Below, piece by piece: positions 25,900 to 36,491 of a DNA stretch of 64,000 bases (position 1 is its first letter; every line of letters starts with the position of its first letter). Position numbers and translations under genes: made by a program. The stretch comes from Bacillales bacterium UBA784. Lineage in GTDB: Bacteria > Bacillota_I > Bacilli_A > RFN20 > CAG-288. The DNA is taken from NCBI GenBank assembly GCA_002297045.1, contig DBJE01000013.1, positions 272,509 through 336,508 of the forward strand, given 5' to 3'. The notes below the pieces were generated by a model, which saw nothing but the letters and a program-made list of their open reading frames with translations, ran no database searches and was not told the DNA's origin.

Positions 25900-28017
25900 A
25901 TGAAAAAAAGACTACCTTATTTATTTGTTTTGTGCCTGCCCTGTTTTCTTATGGCCTGTCAGGGGAATCCTTCGAATGGAAAGCCTAGCGGGACAGGCTG
26001 GAACACAAACACGGCAGAAAAGCCGACGGCAGCCCCGGGGGATAATAAGCCGAGTGTTTCTTCCGGAAAGGAAAGCGAGTCGACAAGCCAGGAAACGGAC
26101 CCCGAGAAAAGGAAAATCGTTCTTCCTGTTGAACCGGTTCTTAATCGCAGCATCCCGATTTTTGCTATCCTTCCCGAAGGAAAAAGCGGTATTGTTACCT
26201 GGACCTCTTCCAATAAGGATATTATTTCCGTTTCTTCCCGGCCTTCTCTGACCGATTCCAATGACCCGACAAAGAACTGGAAGACGGAAGGATCGTTAAG
26301 GACCAAACAAAGCGGAGAAGTGACGATTACCGCTACCCTTGCTTCCGATCCGAGTGTCACTGCCTCTATCTCAGTCGGCCTTGGGGAAAGATACGGGGAA
26401 AGGGATAAGGCATTGTATGATTCTCTTTCCGGTTCCCTTAAGGCGGTTTCCGTTGAGACGAATAAGACGTTTGACAATTCTCTGAATGAAACCTCGAGTG
26501 AGGAATCCTATGAGATTACCACTGTCTTTGAGGAAAATGCAGCGCCTGTCGATCCTTCCAGTGTGAACTATACCGATGCCTTTCAGCTGAAGGAAAAGGA
26601 TCTTAAGACCGGAAAAGAGACCATTAATAATTCCCGTGTCAAAGGCAATTCCTCTCAGGTGGCTAAAGAGGAAATCGACATCAACAATAAGGTCATCAAG
26701 ACTCCGGTCAAGAACGATGACGGCGAACAGTTCAAATTCGATTCCTCTTACTATATTAATTTGCTTAAGGATTCAGAGGCATTCGGAAACGATAAGTTTG
26801 TCTCCTATGACGGAGGAAATACCTATCATTATATTTCCGGTTATATAGGAAGGGATGAGCTTGCCCTTAATTACACGAGGAATTCTTCCTTCTCGCCCGA
26901 TGATGTCTACTTCGAGGTCAAGGACGGAAAAGTTGTTTCCCTGAATAGGGTCTCCGCCCCATATAAAAGGAACGAGACCGATACGGTTTATAATGGCCGC
27001 GTGCTGAAGACGACCTTCTCTGAACTAGGCACGGCAAAAATCGACCACCTTACTCCCTATGCCTCTGATCCGAATGTCTCTCCTCTCTTTGCCAAGGCGA
27101 AAAAGAATCTTCTTGACGGCAGGAACTATACCAATACGACGACGATATTCTCTTCAACTGAACAGACAACGAAGAAACTTGTCATCAAGTACACTTCCGA
27201 TGCCATTGATCAGAGGATTTACGATACCGACGGCACTGTTTCCTCCCATGAGGGAGTGAAAGTCCTTGACGGAAAGCTGATTCAGTATTCCTACGACGAA
27301 GAAAAGAATGTGCTGACCAAGATCAAGGATAGGGAAGGAACGATTGCGAATCAATATCCGACGTTTACTTTCTCCGATGATATTTTCTATGTGGACGGAG
27401 ATAACTATAAAACCTATCAGGACTTCGGAAGCGAAATCCTCTTCTATAGCGGATATCTGACTAACGATGTGAAATCTGGGTCGGCAAAGAATAAGGCAAG
27501 TGTTTCCTTTGAAGGGGAGAACTTTAAAACCAGGGAAGGCACTTTTTCTTCTGAACTTACACAGGAAAATTATGATGTGAAGAGGGATTTTTCTGCTATC
27601 GGGACAACGACGATTGATCTTGACTTCTCTAAGCTTGAAACCCCCAAAGCGGATTCCTGGGAAAGTGATCCTGAATTAACAGAGATCGCCAAGGAAAGGG
27701 AGGCCTGCCATAGGCTCGATAAGCTTCCGTATAGGAAGTGTTCTGTTGGTTATAGAGGCGTGTTCCAGAACGTTAAAGATGATAACAAAATCAAAAAAGC
27801 AGACGGAACGGAAGAAGATATTACCGGAAAATGCAGTTATCTTAAAACGAAAAACTTTGGAACAGTAGAAGAGGTTAATCAATTTGTGCAGTCTTATAAG
27901 GATCTGATTGTCAGTAAAGGCTTTGCCTTAACCAGTGCAACACTAGGCTCAGGAAACATCCCTCTTTATCAAAAGAGCGGAAGTGATTACTATATCGGCG
28001 TTGCTGCTGGTGGCTAA
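25900..28017 (+). CDS. large surface lipoprotein with Big_2-like Ig domain
   Basis: MKKRLPYLFVLCLPCFLMACQG has a lipobox. IVTWTSSNKDIISVSS...GEVTITATLASDPSVTASISV is typical of bacterial Ig-like group 2 domains. The C-terminal motif SYKDLIVSKGFALT...YYIGV is shared with the lipoproteins at 42732 and 44863. Confidence 0.6.
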   Translation: MKKRLPYLFVLCLPCFLMACQGNPSNGKPSGTGWNTNTAEKPTAAPGDNKPSVSSGKESESTSQETDPEKRKIVLPVEPVLNRSIPIFAILPEGKSGIVTWTSSNKDIISVSSRPSLTDSNDPTKNWKTEGSLRTKQSGEVTITATLASDPSVTASISVGLGERYGERDKALYDSLSGSLKAVSVETNKTFDNSLNETSSEESYEITTVFEENAAPVDPSSVNYTDAFQLKEKDLKTGKETINNSRVKGNSSQVAKEEIDINNKVIKTPVKNDDGEQFKFDSSYYINLLKDSEAFGNDKFVSYDGGNTYHYISGYIGRDELALNYTRNSSFSPDDVYFEVKDGKVVSLNRVSAPYKRNETDTVYNGRVLKTTFSELGTAKIDHLTPYASDPNVSPLFAKAKKNLLDGRNYTNTTTIFSSTEQTTKKLVIKYTSDAIDQRIYDTDGTVSSHEGVKVLDGKLIQYSYDEEKNVLTKIKDREGTIANQYPTFTFSDDIFYVDGDNYKTYQDFGSEILFYSGYLTNDVKSGSAKNKASVSFEGENFKTREGTFSSELTQENYDVKRDFSAIGTTTIDLDFSKLETPKADSWESDPELTEIAKEREACHRLDKLPYRKCSVGYRGVFQNVKDDNKIKKADGTEEDITGKCSYLKTKNFGTVEEVNQFVQSYKDLIVSKGFALTSATLGSGNIPLYQKSGSDYYIGVAAGG

Positions 28018-28333
28018 AGTGGAAAAGAAGCCCGTCTCTATGCCGCAGGAGGCAATGTCACGATACCCACGACATATTAGAGTCTGGCTGTTTTCCGTAA
28101 TCAAATACCGCCGCACAGATTTTTCTATGTGGCGGTTTTCTGGTAAAAATTGTTTTGCTTCTTCCCCGGTTTGTACAAAAAGAAAGGGGATAAGGGCGAG
28201 GCTTATTACCCAGGTTCCGCCCTTCCGCTTTTTACGGCGGTAATCTCTTTCTATGCAAAACACGAATAATAGAAATCTTCTTATTTTTTCCTCATTGTTT
28301 ATCAAAAGGAGTAAAATCTTTGATAGAGGCTAA

Positions 28334-29773
28334 ATGGAAAACATCATTGAATTACTTCTTCAAGCGGTCAAAGAAGTTCCTGAACTGGTTCTTTTTTCGG
28401 ATTCGGAAAAAGAAGTTACTTATGCCAAGGCTCTTTGTAGGGTAAAATCCATTGCCCTGTACTTGAAGAAAAAGAAGATTGTCCATCAGCCAATCCTCGT
28501 TCCGGTCGACCGGAATGTCGAGACTCCTCTTCTTTTCCTTGGAATTGCCGCTTCTTCCAATTACTATGTTCCTATCGATAAAGGGGCAAAGGAAGAAAGA
28601 TGGAAAGACAGGATAGAAAGGGGCTCAATCCGTTATGGTTTCACTTCCCGGGAGGGACTTCTTTCCCTTTCTTTTTCGGAAGCAAGGGAAATAAATCCTA
28701 GCGCAAATGAATTCAATGCCATGGCCGAAGAATACCGGAAAGAGGAACCTCTTTATCTCAGGTTTACCTCTGGTTCGACAGGGAAGCCGAAAGGTGTCCT
28801 GAAATCCCATGAAAATGTTCTCTCTTTTGCTGAGAACTTCCGAAAGACCTTTCCGGAAATTCCTGACGGCCAAAGAATCGCCAATCAGACGCCTTTCTTT
28901 TTTGACGCCTCAGCCAAGGACATTTATCTCACCCTTAAGCTAAAAGGGACCCTTTTTATTCCGCCTAAGGAAGCATTTGTGCTGCCGAATAAATCCGTTG
29001 AGTACCTTAACGAAAAGAAAATCACGAGGATCAGGTGGGTTCCTTCTGCTTTGATTCTGATTGCCAGACTCCGCGTCCTTGCTTTTGTCAAACCTCTCTA
29101 TCTTCGTTATGTCTTCTTTATCGGAGAAGTCTTCCCGGTGAAATACTTCAACAGCTGGATTACCTATCTGCCCGACGTTAGGTATGTGAACTGGTATGGC
29201 TCGACGGAAATCGCCGGTGCCTGCCTATGTGCACGGCTTACCCATCCCTATCCGGAAGATAAGCCTCTTCCTCTCGGCAAACCTCTCTTTGGCAATGATG
29301 TCCGCCTTGTCGATGGTGAAATTGTTGTCTCTTCGAAACAGGTGGCACTTGGCTACCTTCATGACGAAGAAAGAAACAGGAAGACATTCGTTCCGGCTAA
29401 TGATGGAAGTACCCTTCTCCATACTGGTGATTTTGGCCATTATGATGAAAAAGGAAATATTATCTTCTCCTCCCGGAAGGATTTCCAGATTAAGCATCTT
29501 GGGTATCGGATTGAACTACAGGACATCGAAGCCCATGCGATGGAGCTTAGCTATAGGTCAGCTTGCTGCTGCCTCTACAAAAAGGATAAAATCATTCTTA
29601 TCGCCTGCCTGAATAAGGGGATTGATAAAACCATAGGGGAGGTAAAAACGGATCTAAGCAAGGTCCTTGCCGACTATAGGAGGCCAAGTAAGATTGTTTT
29701 CCTCGATTCCCTTCCCTTGAACGGGAATGGTAAGATTGACCGTACGCTTCTAGAACAAGAAAGGACTGACTGA
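28334..29773 (+). CDS. dltA: DltA-like adenylating enzyme (D-alanine--carrier protein ligase family)
   Basis: ANL-superfamily motifs are present: Y(L)(AGG)FTSGSTGKPKGV, YGSTE, GDFGHYDEKGN, QIKHLGYRIELQDIE and NGKIDR. The ~480-aa size and the adjacent carrier protein and MBOAT genes fit. Substrate specificity is not determinable from sequence. Confidence 0.7.
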   Translation: MENIIELLLQAVKEVPELVLFSDSEKEVTYAKALCRVKSIALYLKKKKIVHQPILVPVDRNVETPLLFLGIAASSNYYVPIDKGAKEERWKDRIERGSIRYGFTSREGLLSLSFSEAREINPSANEFNAMAEEYRKEEPLYLRFTSGSTGKPKGVLKSHENVLSFAENFRKTFPEIPDGQRIANQTPFFFDASAKDIYLTLKLKGTLFIPPKEAFVLPNKSVEYLNEKKITRIRWVPSALILIARLRVLAFVKPLYLRYVFFIGEVFPVKYFNSWITYLPDVRYVNWYGSTEIAGACLCARLTHPYPEDKPLPLGKPLFGNDVRLVDGEIVVSSKQVALGYLHDEERNRKTFVPANDGSTLLHTGDFGHYDEKGNIIFSSRKDFQIKHLGYRIELQDIEAHAMELSYRSACCCLYKKDKIILIACLNKGIDKTIGEVKTDLSKVLADYRRPSKIVFLDSLPLNGNGKIDRTLLEQERTD

Positions 29774-29775
29774 TT

Positions 29776-30015
29776 ATGGAAGAGACACAGAATAAGATTC
29801 TTGCCATCCTTAAGGACAGGCATCCGGAAGTGGAGGATTTCCTCTCTGTCAAGGAACTTGTCCACCAAGGGATTCTCAATTCGCTTGACATTGTCAGGCT
29901 TGTCGGTGAACTTTCCGATACCTTTGATATTCAGATTCCTCCGTCCGAAATCAACTATGATAATTTCGACACGGTCGAGGGACTGACGAAGATGGTCGAA
30001 CGGCTCAAAGACTGA
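29776..30015 (+). CDS. dltC: DltC-like carrier protein (79 aa)
   Basis: GILNSLDIVRLVGELSDTFDIQIP matches the G(L/I)LDS(M/L) phosphopantetheine-Ser motif and the size of DltC. Confidence 0.7.
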   Translation: MEETQNKILAILKDRHPEVEDFLSVKELVHQGILNSLDIVRLVGELSDTFDIQIPPSEINYDNFDTVEGLTKMVERLKD

Positions 30016-30016
30016 A

Positions 30017-31633
30017 ATGTCGCTTCCACCTTTTTCTTTTGCCGGCTTCACCTCTCTGTACTTTATCCCATTTTTTCTATTGACCTTAGTTCTCTATTAT
30101 CTGACCAAGAAGAAGTATCGTTACATCACTCTTCTTGTCTGTTCTCTTGCCTTTTATGGAAGGATCAGCTGGAATTCCCTTTTCTTTATCGCGAGTACAA
30201 TCGTTTCGATGTACTTCTTTGCCAGAGCGATATCCTCCAATCTGAAGCGACAGAAAGAGTATTTGCAGGCAAACAAGGAAGTGAGGACAAGGGAAGAAAA
30301 GAAAGCCTATAAGGAAAAGGAGAAGAAAAAGAGAAAGAGGTTCCTGATCCTTGGTATTGTCTTTAATCTTGCCCTTTTGGCTATTAGGAAATACAGGAAC
30401 TTCTTTATTCTTAACCTGAATGGCATTATCCATTGGTTTAACAAAGATGTCACAATAGGCAGTCTTAATCTTTTTCTTCCTCTCGGTATTTCCTTTTATG
30501 TTTTCCAGGCTATCGGATATCTTGTCGATGTCTACTGGCAGAAAATCGAGGCGGAAGAGAACTTTTTGAAGTTTGCCCTCTTCCTCTGCTATTTTCCTAA
30601 GGTCATGCAAGGGCCGATTGTCCGATACGGCGAAAGGAAGGACGCCCTTTTCGGGGAACATGATTTCGACTATACCACCTTCACGGACGGACTTAAGCGT
30701 ACCCTATATGGATATAGGAAGAAACTGGTGATCGCCGATACTCTGCTTGGTTTTATCCGCTTTGGATTCGGTAATCCGGAAGTTCTGTCCGGACTAGAGG
30801 CCAGGCTTGTCGTTGTGTTCTATTTCATCCAGGATTACTGTGATTTCTCCGGCTATAGGGACATTGCCATCGGACTATCCAATACAAGGGGAATCAAACT
30901 GCCTGAGAACTTCAACCATCCTTATTTTGCCATCGGCATCGATGACTATTGGCGGAGATGGCATTCCACTTTAGGAAGCTGGTTTAAGGATTATCTTTTC
31001 TATCCTTTGTCTCTTTCCCGCTTCTCCCTTAAACTTGGCAAGGCGGGGAAGAAGCTATTTAAGAACTTTGGCAAGAAGGTACCGGCCGTTTTCGGTCTGA
31101 CGGTCGTCTGGTTTAGGACCGGTTTATGGCATGGGGCTAGCTGGAACTATGTGCTCTGGGGCCTTTACTACGGCTTTATCATCATCCTATCCGTCTGCTT
31201 CCAGCCTCTGATTGGAAAATTCTACGAAAAGAGTAAACTGAAGGACAATCCTTTCTGGATAGCCTTTCAGCATATCCGTACCCTTTTCCTCCTTGCCATC
31301 GGAAAGATTCTCTTTAGGGCCCCTTCCTTAAAGGATGCCTATACGCTGTTTATCAAATGTTTTTCCTATTCCCCCTCCTATTGCTCCATCACCAATCTGA
31401 ACAATCAGCTAGGTTATATTTCAAGGATTGCCGCACTCGCCCTGTCCCTTGCCGTACTTATTGTCGATATCATCCAGGAGAAAAAGCCGGATACCTCCTT
31501 GCTCGCGAAGTTAAACCGCAAACCTCTTGCCCTTCAGTGGTCTTTGCTTATCCTGCTTGTCGTTTCCGTTGTCTGGTTTGGCTTCTATGGTTCCGGACTT
31601 CCCCATTATGACTTCGGCTACATTCAGTTCTAG
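30017..31633 (+). CDS. dltB: MBOAT-family membrane O-acyltransferase (DltB/AlgI-like)
   Basis: Polytopic and 538 aa. The MBOAT core is YWRRWHSTLGSWFKDYLFYPL...WHGASWNYVLWG, containing the conserved His. Confidence 0.75.
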   Translation: MSLPPFSFAGFTSLYFIPFFLLTLVLYYLTKKKYRYITLLVCSLAFYGRISWNSLFFIASTIVSMYFFARAISSNLKRQKEYLQANKEVRTREEKKAYKEKEKKKRKRFLILGIVFNLALLAIRKYRNFFILNLNGIIHWFNKDVTIGSLNLFLPLGISFYVFQAIGYLVDVYWQKIEAEENFLKFALFLCYFPKVMQGPIVRYGERKDALFGEHDFDYTTFTDGLKRTLYGYRKKLVIADTLLGFIRFGFGNPEVLSGLEARLVVVFYFIQDYCDFSGYRDIAIGLSNTRGIKLPENFNHPYFAIGIDDYWRRWHSTLGSWFKDYLFYPLSLSRFSLKLGKAGKKLFKNFGKKVPAVFGLTVVWFRTGLWHGASWNYVLWGLYYGFIIILSVCFQPLIGKFYEKSKLKDNPFWIAFQHIRTLFLLAIGKILFRAPSLKDAYTLFIKCFSYSPSYCSITNLNNQLGYISRIAALALSLAVLIVDIIQEKKPDTSLLAKLNRKPLALQWSLLILLVVSVVWFGFYGSGLPHYDFGYIQF

Positions 31634-31642
31634 GAGGAAAAC

Positions 31643-32731
31643 ATGGATAGACAGAAACTAAAAAAACCTCTTCGGTTCTTTTCTTTCTTTACCTTAGCCG
31701 CCCTTGTCCTTGCCCTCATTGATCATTTCCTGTTCTTTCCGTTAGGACCGGAGACCACCTCCTATGGCACCTTCTACCAGGAAAAGAAGGACTCCCTGGA
31801 TTTGGTCATGGTCGGTTCTTCAACTGTCCGGGATGGATATATTCCAAGGGAAAGGTATAAGGAATACGGAATCACTTCCCATTCCGTCGATTCCTCCCCC
31901 ACCCATCTGGAAGTCATTAAAATCGCCATCGACGAAATCGGAAGAACCCAGAAGCCGAAGGTCGTCTACATCGACCTTAACGGACTGAATAATCAGACTA
32001 AGGATAATGCCCCGACTTTCGTCAAAGACTATTTTTCCTCTAGGCCGGACGACGAAGAGACAAGGAAGGTGAAGGAAGGACTGAGGAGAAAATACCCTTA
32101 TCTGAAACAGGAGAAATCCTGGGAGCCATTTAGCGGACATAATTCTTTCCGACAGCAGATATACTGGGAATCCTTTGTCTACAACAAACAGTTCTATACG
32201 AAAGGCTATTTCCCTCACACCCGGGTAAAAGAGGTAAAGTTGACTAAAGTCGATCCGGATAAGACTCTTCCTTTAAGCAAAGATGCGGAAGAATACCTTG
32301 AGGAAATCCTTCTTCTGTGCAAGAAGTACCCTTCCATCCGTTTTCTTTTCGGACAGAGGCCTAGATATCTTTCTGACGAGATTTCCTCTTTCGACAGGTA
32401 CCAGATCCATTCGCCGCTAGAAGCAAGTTACAGGGTCCGTTCGGCCAAGAAGAAGGTTGAGGAGAATGGCTATACTTTCCTTGACTACACCAGCAACGAG
32501 TTTTTAAAAGAGGTAATCGGACTTGATCCGAAAAAGGACCAGTACGATGCCGAACACCTCAATCATCGCGGAGCGAAGAAGTTCACGAAGTATTTCGGAA
32601 GATACCTCAGGGATAATTTCTTCAAGGAAAAGCCGAAGCACTCTTCCGCCGTGACGGAAGAATTCGACAAGACCTATGAAGGATATCGGAAGATTGCACA
32701 AAAGGCAGAGAAGAAGCTTGGTAGGAAGTAA
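31643..32731 (+). CDS. DltD-like / SGNH-like membrane-anchored protein
   Basis: It has an N-terminal TM helix, then LVMVGSSTVRDG (a GSS nucleophile-like block). The position after the MBOAT gene matches dltD. Sequence similarity is judged from memory only. Confidence 0.45.
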   Translation: MDRQKLKKPLRFFSFFTLAALVLALIDHFLFFPLGPETTSYGTFYQEKKDSLDLVMVGSSTVRDGYIPRERYKEYGITSHSVDSSPTHLEVIKIAIDEIGRTQKPKVVYIDLNGLNNQTKDNAPTFVKDYFSSRPDDEETRKVKEGLRRKYPYLKQEKSWEPFSGHNSFRQQIYWESFVYNKQFYTKGYFPHTRVKEVKLTKVDPDKTLPLSKDAEEYLEEILLLCKKYPSIRFLFGQRPRYLSDEISSFDRYQIHSPLEASYRVRSAKKKVEENGYTFLDYTSNEFLKEVIGLDPKKDQYDAEHLNHRGAKKFTKYFGRYLRDNFFKEKPKHSSAVTEEFDKTYEGYRKIAQKAEKKLGRK

Positions 32732-32934
32732 GTGATTAAGCCCCGGTGAATAAGAAAGACCCTTATGGAACGAGAAGTCGTTTCTTCTATTTTCTGTTAT
32801 ATACCGCAGAAAAAATCACAAGGATTGAATTAAGGAAACAGAAAAATCTTTGCTCTGCCTATTTTGAAAAGGTCCTTCTTCTTTTTATCCGCTTAAAACT
32901 ATTTATTCGGCAAAGGGGTCTAGGACAACCCTTG

Positions 32935-34653
32935 TTAAGGATGCAGTGTGATGTTGCTTTCTTCGCTTCTTGGAAGGATATCCTGGCAGGATCTTTCCGC
33001 AATAAAATTAAGATGGTCTCCGCAGCGCTCGAGGTTTCCTACCAAGTTGATATAGACATTGGAGCTTTGCGGTTTACATTCCCCCTTCTCTAGGCGCAGC
33101 AGGTGTCCATGGACCCTTTTTGTCCGTAATTCGTCAATTCCTTCCTCCCTTTCGCGGACCCTTGCAAGTTCGCCAAGGGAAGGAAAGTCGACAATCCGGT
33201 CCACCTTGATAAACCTTGTGTTGATCTTTTCCCGCCTTTCCTTTAGCTCTTCGATGACTATGCCAGAGAAGACTAGATTGTCTTCTACCTCATGCCGGGT
33301 ATAGCCTACGATATTGTCAGCCACTTCCGTCAGGCGGACAATGTCGGCAAGATCCAAATGCCTTCGGGATATCCGCTTCTGTGATTTCTCGCTTACTCCC
33401 TTTGCGGATATCTGGACTAAAAACCCGCTTAATTCCTTTGACCTATGGAGGACTTTACTTTCCCTTTGGTCTATCTGTTCCTTCTTTCCTTCGTCCTGGC
33501 TAAGAAATGCCTCAAGGGCAAGGTTTAAATCGTTAAGTGCCCTATCCGCCCTTTTGTGATAAAAGCGTACCGCCTGATTTAAGGCAAGTTCCGGCGTAGA
33601 AAGAAGCCGGACTTCGAGTAAGTCCGCCTTGTCCTTTCCCTTTTCCGGAATGATCTTCCTTGCTAGAAGGACAAGAAGCTTTGTCCTTGGCAGGAAAAGG
33701 ATGGTGGTCAGGACATTGAAGAAGGTGTGGAACATGGCAATCTGAGTTGCCGGAGAGGAGAACCATTTTGCGAAGGTCCTCTCCCTTGCCTTAGGCCAGG
33801 CTAGGAGGATGGCAAAGAAGAAAAGGGAGCCAAAGACATTGAAGAGAAGATGGATGATGGATGCCCGCTTCCCGTTCGTCGACGAGCCGATGGCGGAAAG
33901 AAGCGCCGTGGAGCAGGAGCCGATGTTCGATCCAAGAATCAGATAAAGGACACCGTTTCCGCTTCCCCCAACGACGGCCCCCGCCCTTGCTAAGGCAAGG
34001 ATGATGGAGGTCACTGCGCTTGAAGACTGCGCTAGGACAGTCAAGCCTATGCCGATAAGGAGAAGAAGGAATGGATTGCTAAGGTTTATCAGCCCGTCTT
34101 TTAATCCTTCATTGGACAGGAACAGGCCTTGCCTGTTCTCTGTCCTTGTTTCTAGCCCCAAAAAAAGCAGCCCCAGGCCGGAAATCCTGTTTCCGGCAAA
34201 GGCTGCCTTCGGGTACTTCTTTTTCACAAAGAGACTGACAAGGACACCGACAAGCGTTAAGGAAATGATGACTTCCGTTAAAGGAAAGGAAGAAGAGGAA
34301 AGGCCGCCTAAGGCGACAATCTGTGCCGTGATGGTCGTTCCGATATTCGCTCCCCTGATATAAGTGGCCGCCTGGGTCAGGGTCCTTACTCCGGCGTTGA
34401 CAAAGCCGACAACCATGATGGTCGTTGCCCCGCTTGACTGCCTGATCCTTGTGGCAAGCGTTCCTATTCCTACTCCAGCGAGCTTTGAGTTGGCCGTACG
34501 GGCGAAAAGCTTCTTTAATCCGCCTGTCGCTAGCCGTTCTGTCGCTTCCTGAAGCCTGTTCCTTCCGATGAACAGAGCCCCTAGGCCTCCGATCCTTAAG
34601 AGTACGGCAATTAACGTAGACGTTGCTTCCTGGGCTTGGGTAAGAAAGAACAT
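32935..34653 (-). CDS. Na/Pi cotransporter family protein with C-terminal PhoU-like domain
   Basis: 572 aa. The N-terminal half is polytopic, with GANIGTT.TA and GSNIGSC.TA repeats typical of NaPi_cotrn_rel proteins. The C-terminal helical region ends ...GNLERCGDHLNFIAE (PhoU-like). Confidence 0.75.
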   Translation of the reverse strand: MFFLTQAQEATSTLIAVLLRIGGLGALFIGRNRLQEATERLATGGLKKLFARTANSKLAGVGIGTLATRIRQSSGATTIMVVGFVNAGVRTLTQAATYIRGANIGTTITAQIVALGGLSSSSFPLTEVIISLTLVGVLVSLFVKKKYPKAAFAGNRISGLGLLFLGLETRTENRQGLFLSNEGLKDGLINLSNPFLLLLIGIGLTVLAQSSSAVTSIILALARAGAVVGGSGNGVLYLILGSNIGSCSTALLSAIGSSTNGKRASIIHLLFNVFGSLFFFAILLAWPKARERTFAKWFSSPATQIAMFHTFFNVLTTILFLPRTKLLVLLARKIIPEKGKDKADLLEVRLLSTPELALNQAVRFYHKRADRALNDLNLALEAFLSQDEGKKEQIDQRESKVLHRSKELSGFLVQISAKGVSEKSQKRISRRHLDLADIVRLTEVADNIVGYTRHEVEDNLVFSGIVIEELKERREKINTRFIKVDRIVDFPSLGELARVREREEGIDELRTKRVHGHLLRLEKGECKPQSSNVYINLVGNLERCGDHLNFIAERSCQDILPRSEESNITLHP

Positions 34654-34910
34654 GCTGTTTTGTTTCCTTTGGCTTAATAGTATAGAAAAACTTACAATTA
34701 CGCCATCTTAAATTGATAGAAAGCGCTACCAATAAAGTTTATGAACCTAGAATGTATAGATACATTGACAATTTAAAAACCTTAATCCCTTGCCTGTAGG
34801 GGGAACAACGCATCGTTTTTTCTGTTTGGCGGTTCTTTCTAGGCTATTGAGGGAAAAGGTCTCTGCAAGGGAAAATCCTTTCCAAGCCTGCCAATGCCGT
34901 TTGTCTTTCT

Positions 34911-36491
34911 CTATTTGGAAAGAGGAGTGAAGGTGACAACGTCGGTCAGATCCTTATCATCGTAATAGATTCTGAATCCGTCTGTATAGGAACTATAGTT
35001 GATTTCCCAGGTGTGGCCGTCAGAGGTAAAGGAAAAGTTTCCGTAGGCGTTGATGGTTGCATCGACTTCCTTCCCTCCGTTAAGGGTAGCCTTTCCGTTA
35101 TTGGCGACAATCGTTGTCGTTGTCCCGGGTGTTGCTTCAAAGGTGTAGGTTCCGTTAAAGATCTCCCTCTTTGACCTTTGCTGGATGTTGTCATACTGAC
35201 TATAGGCTTCCCTGGAATAATCATAGGTGAAAGTGATTGAAATCCCGCTGCCGGAGAATTTGATGACCGAGACTTGGCTGTTGCTGTTTAAGCTGACCGT
35301 TGTCTTCGTGACGGAAGAAGAGGCGATAAGGAAAGGAGTGATATTTTCGGCAAACACGGTGTTGGCGTTAAGGTTTTCGATGACATAGTCATTCTCATCC
35401 TTAATGAAGAATTCCGGCGCAATGGCGAATTTGATTTCGGTAGGATTAGGATAGGCTGCCTCTTCCCTGCTGTAGTAATACTTATCCTGTTTTGGCAGCT
35501 TTTTGATATCGTAATATTTTCCGTCCTTCAGATAGTATCCGTCCGCACTATAGACTTCTCCCTCTTCCGTGGAAGAAGTCTTTTTCCTTTTGACGTTATC
35601 ACTCTGGTAATAGTCTCCGATATAGTCATAGTTCCTTCCGTTAATATGATACTGGTAGCTGACTTTGTATTTTCCGCTTTCCAGTACCTTGAAGGCATTG
35701 GATAAGGTGTCATGGTAGTCATAGTGCTTAAGAGGGGTGGGAATGGCCGTGGTGTGGTCGGTCAAAGGACTGATATCGATGGAAAAGTGATAGGAAATAG
35801 TCCTGTCCCTCCAATCTATGGCTACTTTATTTGTCACTAAATCAAAAGATAAAAGACCATCGGAAAGGGTGAAAGAGGCACTTGCAAAATCAGTAAGGTT
35901 ATAAAGAGTTGTCAGGCTTGCCGTATGGGCTAAGGCACTCAGAGTGGTTTTGTCTGATAAGTTGAACGAAAGACTATCTTCCCCCTCTTTGGTAAAACTC
36001 GTTGCCTTATAGGTGCTGAAGGGGTTTGAAAAGAAGGAGAACTCAGCTGTGGTTCCATCCGAAGAAAGGGTGACATCCTTCTTAACGACTTTGTTATCCG
36101 TGTCGATAGAATAGTTCACGGCCTTTCCGTTGTCGTCATAGGCTGCATATTCAAGAGGATTAGGACCTGTTGCCTTTAGACTGTAGCTTGATGGAGAGAA
36201 TTTGACTACCCTGTTATCGGTTTCCTTCGAGCCATCGGAATAGGTTCGTGTGCCTGTCCCAGTCAGAGTAAGACCTGTGGCGGAGGCAACATCGGAAAAG
36301 ACTTGCTCGATTGTCTTAGAAGTTTCGCTTGCGGAAGAAGATGGACTTACTGATGAAGGTTCACTTAAGGAGGGTGAATCGCTTTCCGACGGGAACAGGG
36401 AACCTTGTTCCGAAGCTGAAGTCTTTGCCTGCCCGCAGGCTGCAACCATAGACAAAGAAGCTAAAAATGTAAGAAACTGGACTCTTTTCAT
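34911..36491 (-). CDS. surface lipoprotein, unknown function
   Basis: The start is taken at ATG 36491 (MKRVQFLTFLASLSMVAACGQ, lipobox V-A-A-C) with AGAGGA upstream. A Ser-rich linker is followed by a beta-rich region. Confidence 0.55.
   Translation of the reverse strand: MKRVQFLTFLASLSMVAACGQAKTSASEQGSLFPSESDSPSLSEPSSVSPSSSASETSKTIEQVFSDVASATGLTLTGTGTRTYSDGSKETDNRVVKFSPSSYSLKATGPNPLEYAAYDDNGKAVNYSIDTDNKVVKKDVTLSSDGTTAEFSFFSNPFSTYKATSFTKEGEDSLSFNLSDKTTLSALAHTASLTTLYNLTDFASASFTLSDGLLSFDLVTNKVAIDWRDRTISYHFSIDISPLTDHTTAIPTPLKHYDYHDTLSNAFKVLESGKYKVSYQYHINGRNYDYIGDYYQSDNVKRKKTSSTEEGEVYSADGYYLKDGKYYDIKKLPKQDKYYYSREEAAYPNPTEIKFAIAPEFFIKDENDYVIENLNANTVFAENITPFLIASSSVTKTTVSLNSNSQVSVIKFSGSGISITFTYDYSREAYSQYDNIQQRSKREIFNGTYTFEATPGTTTTIVANNGKATLNGGKEVDATINAYGNFSFTSDGHTWEINYSSYTDGFRIYYDDKDLTDVVTFTPLSK

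Noticed and set aside
28253-28333. 26-codon micro-ORF (MQNTNNRNLLIFSSLFIK.SKIFDRG) ending 1 nt before dltA-like ATG, as a possible DltX
   Set aside because: It has no SD, is very short and has no recognisable DltX C-terminal motif. This cannot be supported from sequence alone.
28020-28333. Possible 3' extension or frameshifted continuation of the 25900..28017 lipoprotein into the 310-bp downstream gap
   Set aside because: The downstream frames give no similarity to the paralogs' C-termini, since the shared YYIGV-type ending is already present before the stop. A terminator-like hairpin (around 28104-28140, CCGCCGCACA...TGTGGCGG plus TTTT) follows.
34109-34732. 207-aa minus-strand ORF overlapping the Na/Pi cotransporter gene in another frame
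   Set aside because: It is Arg/Pro/Gly-rich nonsense with no motifs. The overlapping frame (32935..34653) carries the transporter motifs.
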